Positions 19,336 through 30,600 of a stretch of 64,000 nt of DNA are shown in pieces (position 1 is the stretch's first letter; each line of letters starts with the position of its first letter). Origin of the DNA: a bacterium (GTDB lineage: Bacteria > Zhuqueibacterota > Zhuqueibacteria > Residuimicrobiales > Krinioviventaceae); assembly GCA_963675755.2 (NCBI GenBank), contig CAXXMD010000003.1, forward strand, positions 2,656,001 through 2,720,000, in the 5' to 3' direction. The notes beneath the pieces were generated by a model. It did no database searches. It was given only the letters and a program-made list of their open reading frames with translations, and was not told where the DNA came from. The position numbers and the translations under genes were made by a program.

Positions 19336-21399
19336 TTATCGATTAATTGTTTTTCTGACGAATTCAGCCAATTCAGTCACAGTGAAAGGTTTTTGTAAGA
19401 AAAAGAACTGATTTTCTTGTTCCATCGATGATGTAACATGTTCTTTGGTGAATCCTGATGTTAATATAACAGGAATATGAGGTTGTAAGGTATGTAATTT
19501 GGAAATAAATTCTTTGCCGTCAATTTCGGGCATGACCAGATCTGTAATTGCCAGGTTTACCTCGCCATCATGGGTTTGGATAAACTCTAAAGCTTTGTAG
19601 CCATTACTAAAACCAAATACCCGGTAACCAACACTTTTTAATACTTCAATAGTAAAATTTAAAAAATCTATATCATCTTCAACCAGTACAATTGTTTCAG
19701 AACCATGCTGCAAAACCGTTTGTTCGGGGTGCTCAATGGTTTGTTTTTCATAATCCACGGGCCAGTATACATGAATTGTTGTACCATGGCCTGGTTCGCT
19801 GTAGATATTGATTATCCCGTTATTCTGCTGAATGATGCCATAAACAGTAGGCAATCCTAATCCATTATGGTTGGGTTTAAGACTGAAAAACGGTTCAAAA
19901 ATATTGTTTTGTACGTCTCTATCCATACCAATTCCATTATCAGAAACAGAGAGTAATATATAGTCACCGGCTTTGATATTTTTGCTGGATCGGCCTTGAA
20001 TAAAGGTGGTGTCTAATTCTTTCATCCCGGTTTGTATGAATATGGTTTTTGAATCTGATTGTTGTTTTGTTTGCAGAGCTTCGTTTGAATTTTTAACCAG
20101 ATTTACAATGATTTGCTCAATCTGTCCGGGATCTGCATTGATTAATGGCAGATCTGTAGAAAGATCAATTTCCAGGATAATGTTTTCGTCAATAATTGTG
20201 TTCAATATGCTCTGCATTTCCAGGATACATTGATTCAAGTTCATGCTTGTTGGTTTGAATGCCTGGCTTTTACTAAAGGTGAGCAATTGTCTTGTTAATA
20301 CAGAGGCTTTTTCGCCAACGATCTGGATTTTTTTTATATTTTCAAGTGCCTGTGGGTCATTGTGCCTGTCTGATGCAAGCAATCCGCATTTGTCATTTAT
20401 TATGTTTAACAGTTTCTCAAATTCATTAGCAATGCTGCCAGACATTGAACTGATAGATTCCAGCTTTTGCATTTGTATCAACTGTTGTTCCATCTTTTTT
20501 TTGTCTGTGATATTTCGTATACTGCCAACTATTTTGGGACCCTGTTTATCTTTGGATTCAAGCGCTCTTGCACTGATTATTGTATTCAGGTGCGCACCAT
20601 TTTTATCCAACAGTACTTGTTCATAATTTCGAACCCTGCCGGTATGTCTTGTTGTATTGATAAATTCTTTAGCATTGGTTGGTTCCAAAAAATAATTATT
20701 AATATTGGTGTGCAACAGATCTTGAACAGTATATTGTGTATTGATATCAATAGATGGGCTTATTTCTATTATTTCTCCTTCAAAATTTAATTCAAAATAA
20801 ACTTCCTGAATGTTTTCAAATATATAGCGATATTTTTCTTCACTGGTTCGTAGTTTTTTAATTGTTAATAATAATGAATTAAACAAGTAACGTGTAAATA
20901 AAGCAATTACTGTCAATACAATGGTTAACAAAATAAAATTTAGAATTACAGCACCCTTGTTAATAATGATATTAATATTGCCAGTTAACTGTAAATATGC
21001 TATAAATAAAAGTGATAAAATGGTTATAGCAGTGTATAGAAAATAATATCTAAAATCCATGATTTGACTGGCTATAAGAATAATTACCGGGTAAACAATG
21101 ATTCCCGGATCATTCAATCCATCACCTGAATATATATCTATTGTGAGTGTTGTTAATAAGAAAATAACAAAAAGATGCGCGGATAGTTTTTCATATTTAT
21201 AATATAATAGAACCAGTAACAATATTATAAATGCAAAGGTCACAGATGCACTTTTTAAAGTGTTCTGCCAGTTGGAAAATATTGCAAATATACCAATTAG
21301 AATTGTCCCCGCCAGGGTCAGCAGTAAAATATAGTGTAATAAAGAAATTTCATGATTGTTGTTTTTGTGTTGCAGAAAGGGAATTTTGGGTAATGACAT
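19336..21399 (-). CDS. Membrane hybrid histidine kinase paralogue lacking the phospho-His
   Basis: Same architecture as its neighbour; H-box reads QKLESISSMSGSIANEFEKLL. Confidence 0.85.
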   Translation of the reverse strand: MSLPKIPFLQHKNNNHEISLLHYILLLTLAGTILIGIFAIFSNWQNTLKSASVTFAFIILLLVLLYYKYEKLSAHLFVIFLLTTLTIDIYSGDGLNDPGIIVYPVIILIASQIMDFRYYFLYTAITILSLLFIAYLQLTGNINIIINKGAVILNFILLTIVLTVIALFTRYLFNSLLLTIKKLRTSEEKYRYIFENIQEVYFELNFEGEIIEISPSIDINTQYTVQDLLHTNINNYFLEPTNAKEFINTTRHTGRVRNYEQVLLDKNGAHLNTIISARALESKDKQGPKIVGSIRNITDKKKMEQQLIQMQKLESISSMSGSIANEFEKLLNIINDKCGLLASDRHNDPQALENIKKIQIVGEKASVLTRQLLTFSKSQAFKPTSMNLNQCILEMQSILNTIIDENIILEIDLSTDLPLINADPGQIEQIIVNLVKNSNEALQTKQQSDSKTIFIQTGMKELDTTFIQGRSSKNIKAGDYILLSVSDNGIGMDRDVQNNIFEPFFSLKPNHNGLGLPTVYGIIQQNNGIINIYSEPGHGTTIHVYWPVDYEKQTIEHPEQTVLQHGSETIVLVEDDIDFLNFTIEVLKSVGYRVFGFSNGYKALEFIQTHDGEVNLAITDLVMPEIDGKEFISKLHTLQPHIPVILTSGFTKEHVTSSMEQENQFFFLQKPFTVTELAEFVRKTINR

Positions 21400-21468
21400 A
21401 CCTGCACCTGTATTTTTTTTAATATGTAAACTAGGATGAAAAAGTGCAAGTGTTTTTTAATGTGTAAA

Positions 21469-21498
21469 TAAAAAAAAGCCCGGTACTTTCCGGGCTTT
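21469..21498 (-). terminator. Intrinsic terminator after the peroxiredoxin gene
   Basis: AAAGCCCGG-tacttt-CCGGGCTTT hairpin with a long U-tract on the minus strand. Confidence 0.75.
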
Positions 21499-21502
21499 AA
21501 TG

Positions 21503-22108
21503 TTACAGTGCTTCTACATTTGATTCCAAATATTCAGCAACTCCGCTGGAAGAGGGTTTCATTGCTTCGTGGCCTTTTTCCCAGCCGGCGGGACAAACCT
21601 CACCGTATTCTTCGGTATATTGCAAGGCATCAATGACACGCAACATTTCGTCTATATTTCTTCCAATGGGTAAATTGTTTACAACCTGATGCTGTACAAT
21701 ACCATCTTTATCAATCAGGAAGGATGCACGCAGTGCAACACCATCCGGGTGTTCAATTCCATATTCCTGAGTAATGGTGTGTTTAACATCAGCAACCATG
21801 GGGAAACCAACATTGCCAATACCACCCTGGCTTGTCGGTGTATTTTTCCATGCAAAATGTGAATATTGGGAATCGATAGAGACACCAATAATTTCTACAT
21901 TTCGTGCTTTGAATTCATAAAGTCGTTTATTGTGTGCAATGATTTCAGTAGGACAAACAAAAGTAAAATCCAGCGGCCAGAAAAAGAGTACTACATATTT
22001 ACCACGATAATCTGATAACTGAAAATCATCATTAATTGATCCATTCGGCATTACAGCCGGTGCTTTAAAATCAGGTGCTTGTTTAGCTACCAATACACTC
22101 ATATCCAT
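21503..22108 (-). CDS. ahpC: Typical 2-Cys peroxiredoxin (AhpC/Tsa family)
   Basis: PLDFTFVCPTE peroxidatic motif and GEVCPAGW resolving motif. Confidence 0.92.
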   Translation of the reverse strand: MDMSVLVAKQAPDFKAPAVMPNGSINDDFQLSDYRGKYVVLFFWPLDFTFVCPTEIIAHNKRLYEFKARNVEIIGVSIDSQYSHFAWKNTPTSQGGIGNVGFPMVADVKHTITQEYGIEHPDGVALRASFLIDKDGIVQHQVVNNLPIGRNIDEMLRVIDALQYTEEYGEVCPAGWEKGHEAMKPSSSGVAEYLESNVEAL

Positions 22109-22270
22109 ATCCTTTCCATATTAAGGTCATTCTGTTCACAAACAGTGTATTTTGAATTTTTTTGGGTTGTCATTCAAGGTGGGAGCCTTGCAATGAGAGA
22201 TATAAACAGAAGGATTGGAATAATTATTTCTGGTTCAAAGAAAAAAAACTATTTTTTTTGAGGTGCATTT

Positions 22271-23839
22271 TCATTTTCTAAAATCAGAATCGTTTACCCA
22301 GCCCCAGTTCAGGTCTTCGCCACGCATATAGCGTTCGTAAAAATGTGCACCGGATTTGTCTGCATATTCATATTGATCAAAAATATGTCCATTGCCTAAA
22401 ATCCGTGGATCGTTTTGCTGTTCCAGCTCGGTGACCAATTGATTTTCGAGTTTATCTAATATATTCTGATATTCGGGAAGGGTTGCAAGGTTGTTCATGC
22501 AATCCAAATCTGTTTTACGGTTATATAATTCTTTTTCCGGTCGTTTGCCAAAATTCCATTGCCAGAATTTTTCGGTAGCGGGATTGTCTTTTGCGTCCAG
22601 ATTGACGGTTTTGGTTGGGCTGCCATCGCAATTGAGATATCCGGTTTCGGGATTCCCTGCGGGCCAGCGCTCAGGATTAAAGTTTTTAATAAACAGGTAT
22701 TCCCGCGTAAAGATCCCGCGGATTGGATAACCCTGGTCATTGGGGCGGCCAACATCGTGGCGTTCTTTGCCAATCAGCACATGGTCCCGCTCCGGAGTGA
22801 TATTATGCTCATTTGCCGAGTAGAAAATATCCGTCAAACTTTTACCCTGTATGGGTTTCATACCCGCATTTGCAGCGTCAAGTTCTGCTAGCTCGAGGAA
22901 TGTTGGCGCAAAATCGATAAAGCTTATAAAATCATCAACTGTTCTGCCCGGATTTTTAATTCCCCTTGGCCACATTACAGCCAATGGCAAGTGGTTTGAA
23001 TACTCGTATTCCTGGCCTTTGATTCGTGGAAACGGCATACCATTATCTGCAGTTACTACTAAAAGTGTGTTATCAAGCTCGCCCTTTTCTTTGAGCAGGT
23101 TGATCATTTTTTGCAGGTGCTGATCAAAATATTCTATTTCAAAAGCATAATCGAGCATGTCGGTTCGAACGGTTTCATTATCTGGCCAAAAGGGGAAAAC
23201 CCGGTCAATTTGTGATGTTTTTTTTCCGCCTTTGGTAATCCCCGCTCCATATTCGTATCTTCTGTGTGGTTCGGTACTGCCATACCAAAAGCAAAAGGGG
23301 GTATCTGTTTGTTTATCATCAAGAAAGGATTTAAAGTTTTCTGCGTAATCGTTGCTGTTGATATACTTTGCCGGGGGTGTTGTCTTTTGTTCATTGTAAG
23401 GTTTACCTGTGAGCTGGCGTTTGACTCCATTGATTTCGCCGGCAACTCCGGGAGCCCAGCCTTTTGCGGTATAGCCAACATGGTATCCGTTTTCGGATAA
23501 TGCTTCCGCATAGGTTTTAAACTTTTTGGGGAAATAGCACCAGTGGTTTGCGGCTTCTTCAAGTTGCCAGGAATTGCGCCCGGTCAGGATGCAGGAACGC
23601 GAGGGAGCGCATTTTGCGTTGGGTGTAAACGCCTGAGTGAAAAGAATTCCATTTTTGGCAACATAATCAAACGCAGGGGTGTTGATCCAGCTGCACCCAT
23701 AAGCTCCCATATGCGGAAAAGAGGCATCATCAGCAATGCAGAATAATATGTTTGGTTTTTTTGTTCTATTGTAACAACTTTTTAATGTTGATGAAACCAG
23801 AGCCAATGATGAAATTTTTAAAAATTGTCTTCTTTTCAT
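22271..23839 (-). CDS. Sulfatase (N-sulfoglucosamine sulfohydrolase-like), Tat-exported
   Basis: MKRRQFLK twin-arginine leader, [20 protein letters not shown]. Confidence 0.9.
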   Translation of the reverse strand: MKRRQFLKISSLALVSSTLKSCYNRTKKPNILFCIADDASFPHMGAYGCSWINTPAFDYVAKNGILFTQAFTPNAKCAPSRSCILTGRNSWQLEEAANHWCYFPKKFKTYAEALSENGYHVGYTAKGWAPGVAGEINGVKRQLTGKPYNEQKTTPPAKYINSNDYAENFKSFLDDKQTDTPFCFWYGSTEPHRRYEYGAGITKGGKKTSQIDRVFPFWPDNETVRTDMLDYAFEIEYFDQHLQKMINLLKEKGELDNTLLVVTADNGMPFPRIKGQEYEYSNHLPLAVMWPRGIKNPGRTVDDFISFIDFAPTFLELAELDAANAGMKPIQGKSLTDIFYSANEHNITPERDHVLIGKERHDVGRPNDQGYPIRGIFTREYLFIKNFNPERWPAGNPETGYLNCDGSPTKTVNLDAKDNPATEKFWQWNFGKRPEKELYNRKTDLDCMNNLATLPEYQNILDKLENQLVTELEQQNDPRILGNGHIFDQYEYADKSGAHFYERYMRGEDLNWGWVNDSDFRK

Positions 23840-23981
23840 TTTACATCCTTGTTTGATTGATTCATAAGAAATTCATTTATTACTAGAAAAACAAGTGTTT
23901 TTGAATGTATATTTTGAAACACTGGGTATAAAATGGCGTATAGGTTGAGTGAATTTAAATTCAATTGAATTGAGGGGCAAT

Positions 23982-24504
23982 ATGACTGGTACTACAACCA
24001 ATCCCAAAGTAAATAAGCATCATCCGGATCTTACCGGTGAGCATTTTTTATGGAGATTTATTGCAACTGATATTTTTTTTGGTTTTTCTAACAATATGGA
24101 TTGCTGATTCTTTTTTCCTACATTTTTCGGATGTCTCTACACTATTACCGCTTTGGCTGCGATTGACAGCAGGCTCTATTGTTTTGATCGTTTCCGGTTA
24201 TATTGCCAATACAGGATTAAAGATTGTCTTTGGAACACCGCATACAGAACCTAAAGTTATTGATTATGGTGTTTTCAAATGGGTACGACACCCCATATAT
24301 CTGAGTGCTATTGGTTTGTACATGGGGCTGCTGCTGATTAAAATGTCTATTTCAGCATCTATAGTTTGGGTGTTTGCAATTGTTTTGTATTATGGTCTGA
24401 GTCGTTTTGAGGAAAGGTTGTTATTGGAGCGCTTTGGTGATGACTATGCTTTATACATGAATAAAGTACCCATGCTGTTACCATTCATTAGGGGGAGAAA
24501 ATGA
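23982..24504 (+). CDS. Isoprenylcysteine carboxyl methyltransferase (ICMT/PEMT) family membrane protein, apparent +1 frameshift near the 5' end
   Basis: GVFKWVRHPIY and EE..L..RFG..Y..Y...VP motifs; RBS GAGGGG plus ATG 23982 joins the 24037 ORF if one T is removed from the T6 run at 24044-24049. Confidence 0.75.
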
Positions 24505-24505
24505 A

Positions 24506-24979
24506 ATGAAAAAAGGCAAATGGCTAACAATATTATTATTGAGCTTGACTGTGTTTGTTGGAGTTACTTTTGCCAGAGATTTGAATGATTTACATGGCAC
24601 CTGGCAGGGAAAAGGGCGGGTGTTTCAATCTCATTTTACTCGCAACTCGGCAGATTCTTGTAAAACAGATTCTGTTAACATATTTATAACTATCTACAAG
24701 GACAATCGGGTAAGCGGTAATATTGGAGAAGCCGAGTTTGTGGATTGCATAGTGAAAAGGAATAGAAGCTGGTTGGGGCGATTGTTAAATTTTAAAACGG
24801 ATTATATTATTACCGGAGGTACAATTCGTGGGAATATTGTGCCGGTAGATACTGTATTACAAAAAAAAATTACTATTCCATTTAATATTGTCGATAATAA
24901 TATTAAAGGTACGCTTATGCAGACATATAAATGGAAGTACCCTGATCCTTTGATACGGGTAATTGTTTCTAAAAAGTGA
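24506..24979 (+). CDS. Hypothetical secreted protein
   Basis: Signal peptide MKKGKWLTILLLSLTVFVGVTFA; RBS GGAG. Confidence 0.65.
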   Translation: MKKGKWLTILLLSLTVFVGVTFARDLNDLHGTWQGKGRVFQSHFTRNSADSCKTDSVNIFITIYKDNRVSGNIGEAEFVDCIVKRNRSWLGRLLNFKTDYIITGGTIRGNIVPVDTVLQKKITIPFNIVDNNIKGTLMQTYKWKYPDPLIRVIVSKK

Positions 24980-25068
24980 GTGTTGTAAAAAAATCAGAAA
25001 GATAAGAATCAGCAAATATTGTATTGAATTGTATTCATGTGTTGATTATCTTAAATTTTGGAGTTTAA

Positions 25069-25446
25069 ATGAATATCGAGTATAACCAACCGTTAAATTG
25101 TATGCAGATCCATTTAGAGGGCACACTCTCTACTCAGGATATTCTTGATACATTTGATGAAATGGTCAAACACCCTGATTTTGTAGAAGGTAGTGATGCA
25201 CTTTGGGATCTTTGTGATGCTTCGCATCCTGATTTAACAGTTACGGATCTTTACAATATTGGTGCGCATGTTCAAAAATATGCTAAAAAAAGGGGTAATG
25301 GCAAAACGGCATGGGTTGTTACAAACCAGGTAGACTTTGGTATTGCCAGAATGTTTGAAATGCTGACAGATCAGGATATCTCTATTACGTTTCGTGTGTT
25401 TGATTCAGTTGATGAAGCCAAAGATTGGATTAAATCCGGAGAATAG
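25069..25446 (+). CDS. STAS/SEC14 (SpoIIAA-like) domain protein
   Basis: LWDL, AWVV....FGIARMF and FDSVDEAKDWI pattern. Confidence 0.65.
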   Translation: MNIEYNQPLNCMQIHLEGTLSTQDILDTFDEMVKHPDFVEGSDALWDLCDASHPDLTVTDLYNIGAHVQKYAKKRGNGKTAWVVTNQVDFGIARMFEMLTDQDISITFRVFDSVDEAKDWIKSGE

Positions 25447-25459
25447 TATATTTTTAAAC

Positions 25460-25831
25460 ATGATTTCGAATATTACAAAAATTTCAGAGGGGATTTGCAT
25501 TGAATTAACCGGAGATGTTACATTTGATGCATTAATACAGCATTTTCAACAAATAGTGGACTCGAGCGAGTTTGAAAAAGAAATGGGGATTCTTTGGGAT
25601 GCAACACGGGTATCGGAATTTAACCTTACATCACAAGATATGGATAAAATGGGTGATTATCTTAAAGATCATTACACCCAACGTGGCGGCGGAAAATCTG
25701 CATGGCTTTTGAATGACACTATTCATTTGGGGATGGCTCAAATGTTTACAGAAATAAATGAAAAGAGTTTGCCCATTCTGGTGAGAGCGTTTCACGAAAG
25801 ATCTACCGCTATAAAATGGCTGAAAAGTTGA
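25460..25831 (+). CDS. STAS/SEC14 (SpoIIAA-like) domain protein, paralogue of the upstream gene
   Basis: LWDA, RGGGKSAW, GMAQMF, AIKWL; ATG 25460 chosen over the overlapping ORF start. Confidence 0.65.
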   Translation: MISNITKISEGICIELTGDVTFDALIQHFQQIVDSSEFEKEMGILWDATRVSEFNLTSQDMDKMGDYLKDHYTQRGGGKSAWLLNDTIHLGMAQMFTEINEKSLPILVRAFHERSTAIKWLKS

Positions 25832-25948
25832 TTTTCTTTATATCGTTTATTTTTATAATATATTGAATATTCATATTCTTGCTGAATTATTTTTAATTTT
25901 GAATTTGGTTACATTTATTCTAATGCAATAAATACAGGTAATGTAGTT

Positions 25949-27049
25949 ATGAAATTAAAAAACCTTAAATTCTTTGCAAGATACTCTATGATCAAAATTA
26001 TAATGAATTTTCTGTTCTATTTTTCAAGCCTGTTATTGCTAATAGTGGGTATATCTACGGCAAACGGATTGAATGATATCATCCCCTGGTTTAATATTTT
26101 CAATAAAATATTACGTTTTATTTTTACCATATTCTGGTTGGTTTTGATCCAACGGGTGGATAGAAACAAAAGAATCTATTTCCCCATGATGTTTGGCTTT
26201 TCCATGTTCTTTTGGGGACAAATAGTTGACATGCTGGAGGATATTTATAGCCTGGTTTACTTTTTGGGTCGTTATGAGAATATTGTAATGAGTTTGGGAC
26301 TGGGTATTGCCAGTGTGGGGGTAATCTATTGGATTCGAGACAAGGAAAAACATGAACAGGATTTGTCTGATGTTAATGATCAGTTGAAATTTATTGTTGG
26401 TGAACAAAAGGAAACTGCTGAGCAATTAAAGCAGTTGGTGAATGAAAAAGAAATATTGAACAAGGAAATACATCACCGGGTTAAGAATAATCTTGCGGTG
26501 ATTTCAAGTATGTTGAATTTACAGGCGGCCCAAGTCGAAAACAAGGAAGCAAAGCTCCATCTGCAAAACAGCCGAGACCGTGTGCATTCCATGGCTTTGA
26601 TACATGAGCAGGTGTATCAATCGAACGATATGAATTATATCGATTTCAAAGCATATATTGAAAATATTGTCAAGGAGCTGCAGGCTATTTATGGCGAAGC
26701 AGAAAGCCATTTGAAAATTATTGCGGAATTGCAGGATGCAAGTATGCATGTTAATGTAGCAGTCCCTTGCGGATTACTTTTGAATGAACTTGTAACCAAT
26801 GCGATAAAATACGCCTTTCCTGAATCTGATAACGATAACCGAATTGAGATAACGTTAGAGAATCAAGAACAGGCTATACAACTCTGTGTAAAGGACAATG
26901 GTATTGGTTTGCCGCCGGAAGAAGTATTGAAAGATAAAAAATCCTTGGGGATAAAAATTGTCAAAGTACTTGCAGAACAGATAAAAGCGAGTATAACAAT
27001 TGAGCGTAACAAGGGAACTCGTTATATAATAACTGTACCCAATAGTTAG
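25949..27049 (+). CDS. Membrane sensor histidine kinase, HisKA_2 (HWE-related) type
   Basis: About four TM helices; KEIHHRVKNNL, NELVTNAIKYAF, DNGIG, SLG. Confidence 0.9.
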   Translation: MKLKNLKFFARYSMIKIIMNFLFYFSSLLLLIVGISTANGLNDIIPWFNIFNKILRFIFTIFWLVLIQRVDRNKRIYFPMMFGFSMFFWGQIVDMLEDIYSLVYFLGRYENIVMSLGLGIASVGVIYWIRDKEKHEQDLSDVNDQLKFIVGEQKETAEQLKQLVNEKEILNKEIHHRVKNNLAVISSMLNLQAAQVENKEAKLHLQNSRDRVHSMALIHEQVYQSNDMNYIDFKAYIENIVKELQAIYGEAESHLKIIAELQDASMHVNVAVPCGLLLNELVTNAIKYAFPESDNDNRIEITLENQEQAIQLCVKDNGIGLPPEEVLKDKKSLGIKIVKVLAEQIKASITIERNKGTRYIITVPNS

Positions 27050-27141
27050 AAAAAAATCATTTATCTGCATCTTTTTTGAGGGAATGACATCTAATGGTTT
27101 GAGTAAATTTGTATACTATATTCAAAACCATTGGAGATACC

Positions 27142-27336
27142 ATGATTCATGTGAATGCCGATTATTGCCCGCAAAACCACCCTTGTCCTGTTACTCGTGC
27201 TTGTCCTGTAGGAGCTATATCTCAAGTAGGTTTTTCTGCACCTATCATAGATGAAGAAAAATGTACCGGATGCGGCAAGTGCGCCAAACTCTGTAACGTC
27301 TTTTCAGTAAAAGCGGATTATCATAAAGCGTCCTGA
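27142..27336 (+). CDS. Small 4Fe-4S binding (ferredoxin-like) protein
   Basis: CPQNHPC....ACP and CTGCGKC...C motifs; GGAG RBS before ATG 27142. Confidence 0.85.
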   Translation: MIHVNADYCPQNHPCPVTRACPVGAISQVGFSAPIIDEEKCTGCGKCAKLCNVFSVKADYHKAS

Positions 27337-27344
27337 TAAACTTG

Positions 27345-27374
27345 AGGGTTGTGTATTACACAACCCTTTTTTTT
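27345..27374 (+). terminator. Intrinsic terminator
   Basis: AGGGTTGTGT-att-ACACAACCCT followed by a T run. Confidence 0.85.
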
Positions 27375-27634
27375 GTGATTGACTGCTGAAAAAAGTTGAA
27401 AAAACAGTTGCTTTTTTATCAGTTGTTGGACATATTTAAAAACCCTATGATCAATACGGGGTCATAAAACATTTAGTAAAAGTAAATCCGTTAATCGACC
27501 TGCTTTCCTACTCTATTAATTCCAGATCCTCATTGTGGGGATAGTCCCCGCCCCACAGTTTTCACTTGCTCACTATCCTTTAACACAAATGCACCATTGT
27601 TAAACTATATGTTCATTTTATGGAGGATATTGAA

Positions 27635-30600
27635 ATGAAAACCCATAATATTATCTTGTTACAGATAATTTGTTTATGCTTTTTAGTAACGAGTACACCC
27701 TTGTTTTCCCAGACCACACAGGTTAACAGTGATCATGCAGCATATTATGATAAAGTGTTTCACCGGCAATATATATTTACACCGGTAGATAACAAGATCA
27801 TGATAAAATTTGCTGAAAATAACCGGCAGTTCAGATCTGTAAAGCAGTCGGTCATTCAATCCTATGATCTAAATACTGAACATGAGGCAATAGAACGTTA
27901 TCGCTATGGCGTTTACGTATTACCCGGCGGTAGTACTGTATCTGCAATTCATGATCAGTTGAAACATGATCCAAATGTTAAAGCGTCTTGTCCTTTGATG
28001 GTCGATCAGGATGGATATGAACGCTATTTCATTCCGGACGAGTTTACTGTTCAATTTAATAAAAATATGAGCCGGGATGAAATGCTGCAGATTATTGATG
28101 ATTATGGTTGCAAGGTAGTCAAACAGCAATGGACCTATGGGTATTATACTTTGTCAGTTCCCCCGGGGCATGAATTGTTTGAGACCATACGTGCATTCAT
28201 TGCTATGGATCAAACCATGTTTGCCGAGTTGAGTTTTATTGGTTTTAATGATTACTGTTTTGATCCCGATGATACCCAATATACGCAACAGTGGGCATTG
28301 AACAATACCGGCGCCGGTGGGGGTGATGCGGATGCGGATATTGATGCACGTGAAGCCTGGGACATTGAACGGGGGGATCCCGATGTGTTGGTTGTGGTGA
28401 TTGATACAGGTATAGAATGGGACCATCCCGACCTGCGTGAAAATGTTGCACAGAATTTAGGGGAGGATAGTGACGGTGATGGACGCACCATGCAGCAGGT
28501 TGGAGGCAACTGGGTACGGGACCCAGGTGATCTGAACGGCGTAGATGATGACGGTAATGGCCTGATCGATGACCTTTTTGGCTGGGATTTTGCCGATGAT
28601 GACAATGATCCAACTCCACAGGCATTAACAGCAACGGATGATTCTTATCCTCATGGTACCGCATGCGCGGGGATAGCCGCAGCGGTTACTGATAATAATT
28701 TGGGAGTTGCCGGTATTGCCCATAACTGCCGTCTTATGGGACTGCGGGTAAACCTGACTTCCGGTATGAACCAGAATCGTGCAGATGCAATCAACTATGC
28801 TGTGGATATGGCAGCCAATTACGATGCTGTTGTACTTTCATGCAGTTGGGTAGCCAGTGGTACCATGACCGCATTACAAAATGCTGTTATTAATGCCAGA
28901 AATAATAATGTATTACCCTGTTTTGCATCCGGCAATGGAAATACAACCCCTATTCGTTATCCTGCCCGATATGCGCAAACCCTTGCGGTTGGCGCTACGA
29001 GTGAATGTGATGAACGGAAATCCACTACCAGTTGTGACGGTGAAAACTGGTGGGGCAGTAATTATGGTGACAGTCTAAATGTTTCTGCACCGGGAGTGCA
29101 CCTTAGAACCACTGATATGGTGGGGGCGGATGGTTATGGAGGTGGTGATTATATTGCCAATATGAATGGTACTTCCGGGGCTACACCGCACGTAGCAGCT
29201 GCTGCAGCATTGCTCTGGTCTTATGATCCCAGTCTATCTGTGGACGAAGTTCAGGATATTTTACAGCAAAGCGCGGACAAGGTTGGTGGATACGATTATT
29301 CTCACGCAGCCTCAATGCCTGGGCACTCGGTAGAATTGGGTTACGGCAGGTTAAATGTGGACAGGGCTTTGCAAATGCTCATGGCGCGTACCGGGGCTAT
29401 TACGGATATGCTGCCCGATCCCTTGGATCTTGCTATTTCAATCGATCGTTCAGGCAGTATGATTACATCAAAGCTTGATGCGGTAAAGAATGCCGCTTCG
29501 CAGGTGGTCTGGTTGATGAATATTGGAGACAGACTCAGCGTGACCATGTATGATGATCTGCTGGATCCGGTTTTTCCTGCAGCCGGAGGCGTTATTGATA
29601 TCACATCATCCACCACCAAAGAAGATGCGGAGTCCGCAATTCTGTCAATTACCCGGCGGGGATTGACCTCCATTGGCGGCGGGCTTTCATATGCACAGAC
29701 ACAATTGTCCACAATAACGACACCTTATTATCCACAGGCAATTATTTTAATGTCTGATGGTATGTCAAATACCGCACCCTGGGTGTTTGATACGGTACCA
29801 ACTATACCTGCATTGACGGATGTTTATACTATAGGTTTTGGAACAGCAGGTGAAAATGTGGATGAAGATTCTCTGCGCTGGATTGCCACTCAGACAGGCG
29901 GGACCTATCTTTTTGCCGGCGCTGATGCATTGTTCAGGACAGAAGAAACGCCGTTAAATTTTGCAGCTTCTACAGGTGGACTGGAGATCATCAAGGCATA
30001 CCAGGCATCTTTTAATCTGGCCAACAGACGCCAGATTATGGAGCTTTACGGCAGTGCCCTGAAAGAGCAATTCAGAGATGAAATTCTTGTTGATGAATCA
30101 GTAGGCGACATGCGTTTTAGTCTGTTGGGTGATGATTATAAAGGTGAGTATGGATTGATATTGACCGATCCTAATGGCAAAGAAATAAATCCTGAAGTCG
30201 CGGAAAAAGAAGATTTGATCGATTATATTGAAGGTCCATCCGTAAGATCTTATACCGTGCGGCATCCGGAAGGAGGTATCTGGATGATGGAAGGATATGC
30301 GACCGGATCAAAATATTATATTTCCGCTTCCGGGTATTCATCTTTAAAAACGTTCCTTTCCTTATGGCGGACAAGCGTTTGCAGACCCATGTTGATACGA
30401 CTCAGGATCATTCAGCAGGGTGAACCGATATATAATGCCGAGGTCACAGCCAGGGTCGGTTTCCCGAACAATGAATATACTACCATTGAATTGTATGATG
30501 ATGGCGAGCACGGTGACGGCCAGTTAAAAGACGGTGTTTTTGCCAATTATTTTGATAATACTTGTGCAGCAGGAAGTTATTCGGTAGAAACCACAACCCG

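Noticed and set aside
22165-22200. Hairpin upstream of ahpC as a riboswitch
   Set aside because: A single imperfect stem with no recognisable aptamer consensus; it may just be the sulfatase terminator
23958-23972. AATTCAATTGAATT palindrome in a divergent promoter region
   Set aside because: AT-rich and low in complexity, with no second copy to support a binding site
28154-28664. Antisense ORFs with low-complexity His/Ser/Pro-rich translations
   Set aside because: Shadows of the Asp/Gly-rich S8 coding strand; the same applies to the other short overlapping ORFs in the track
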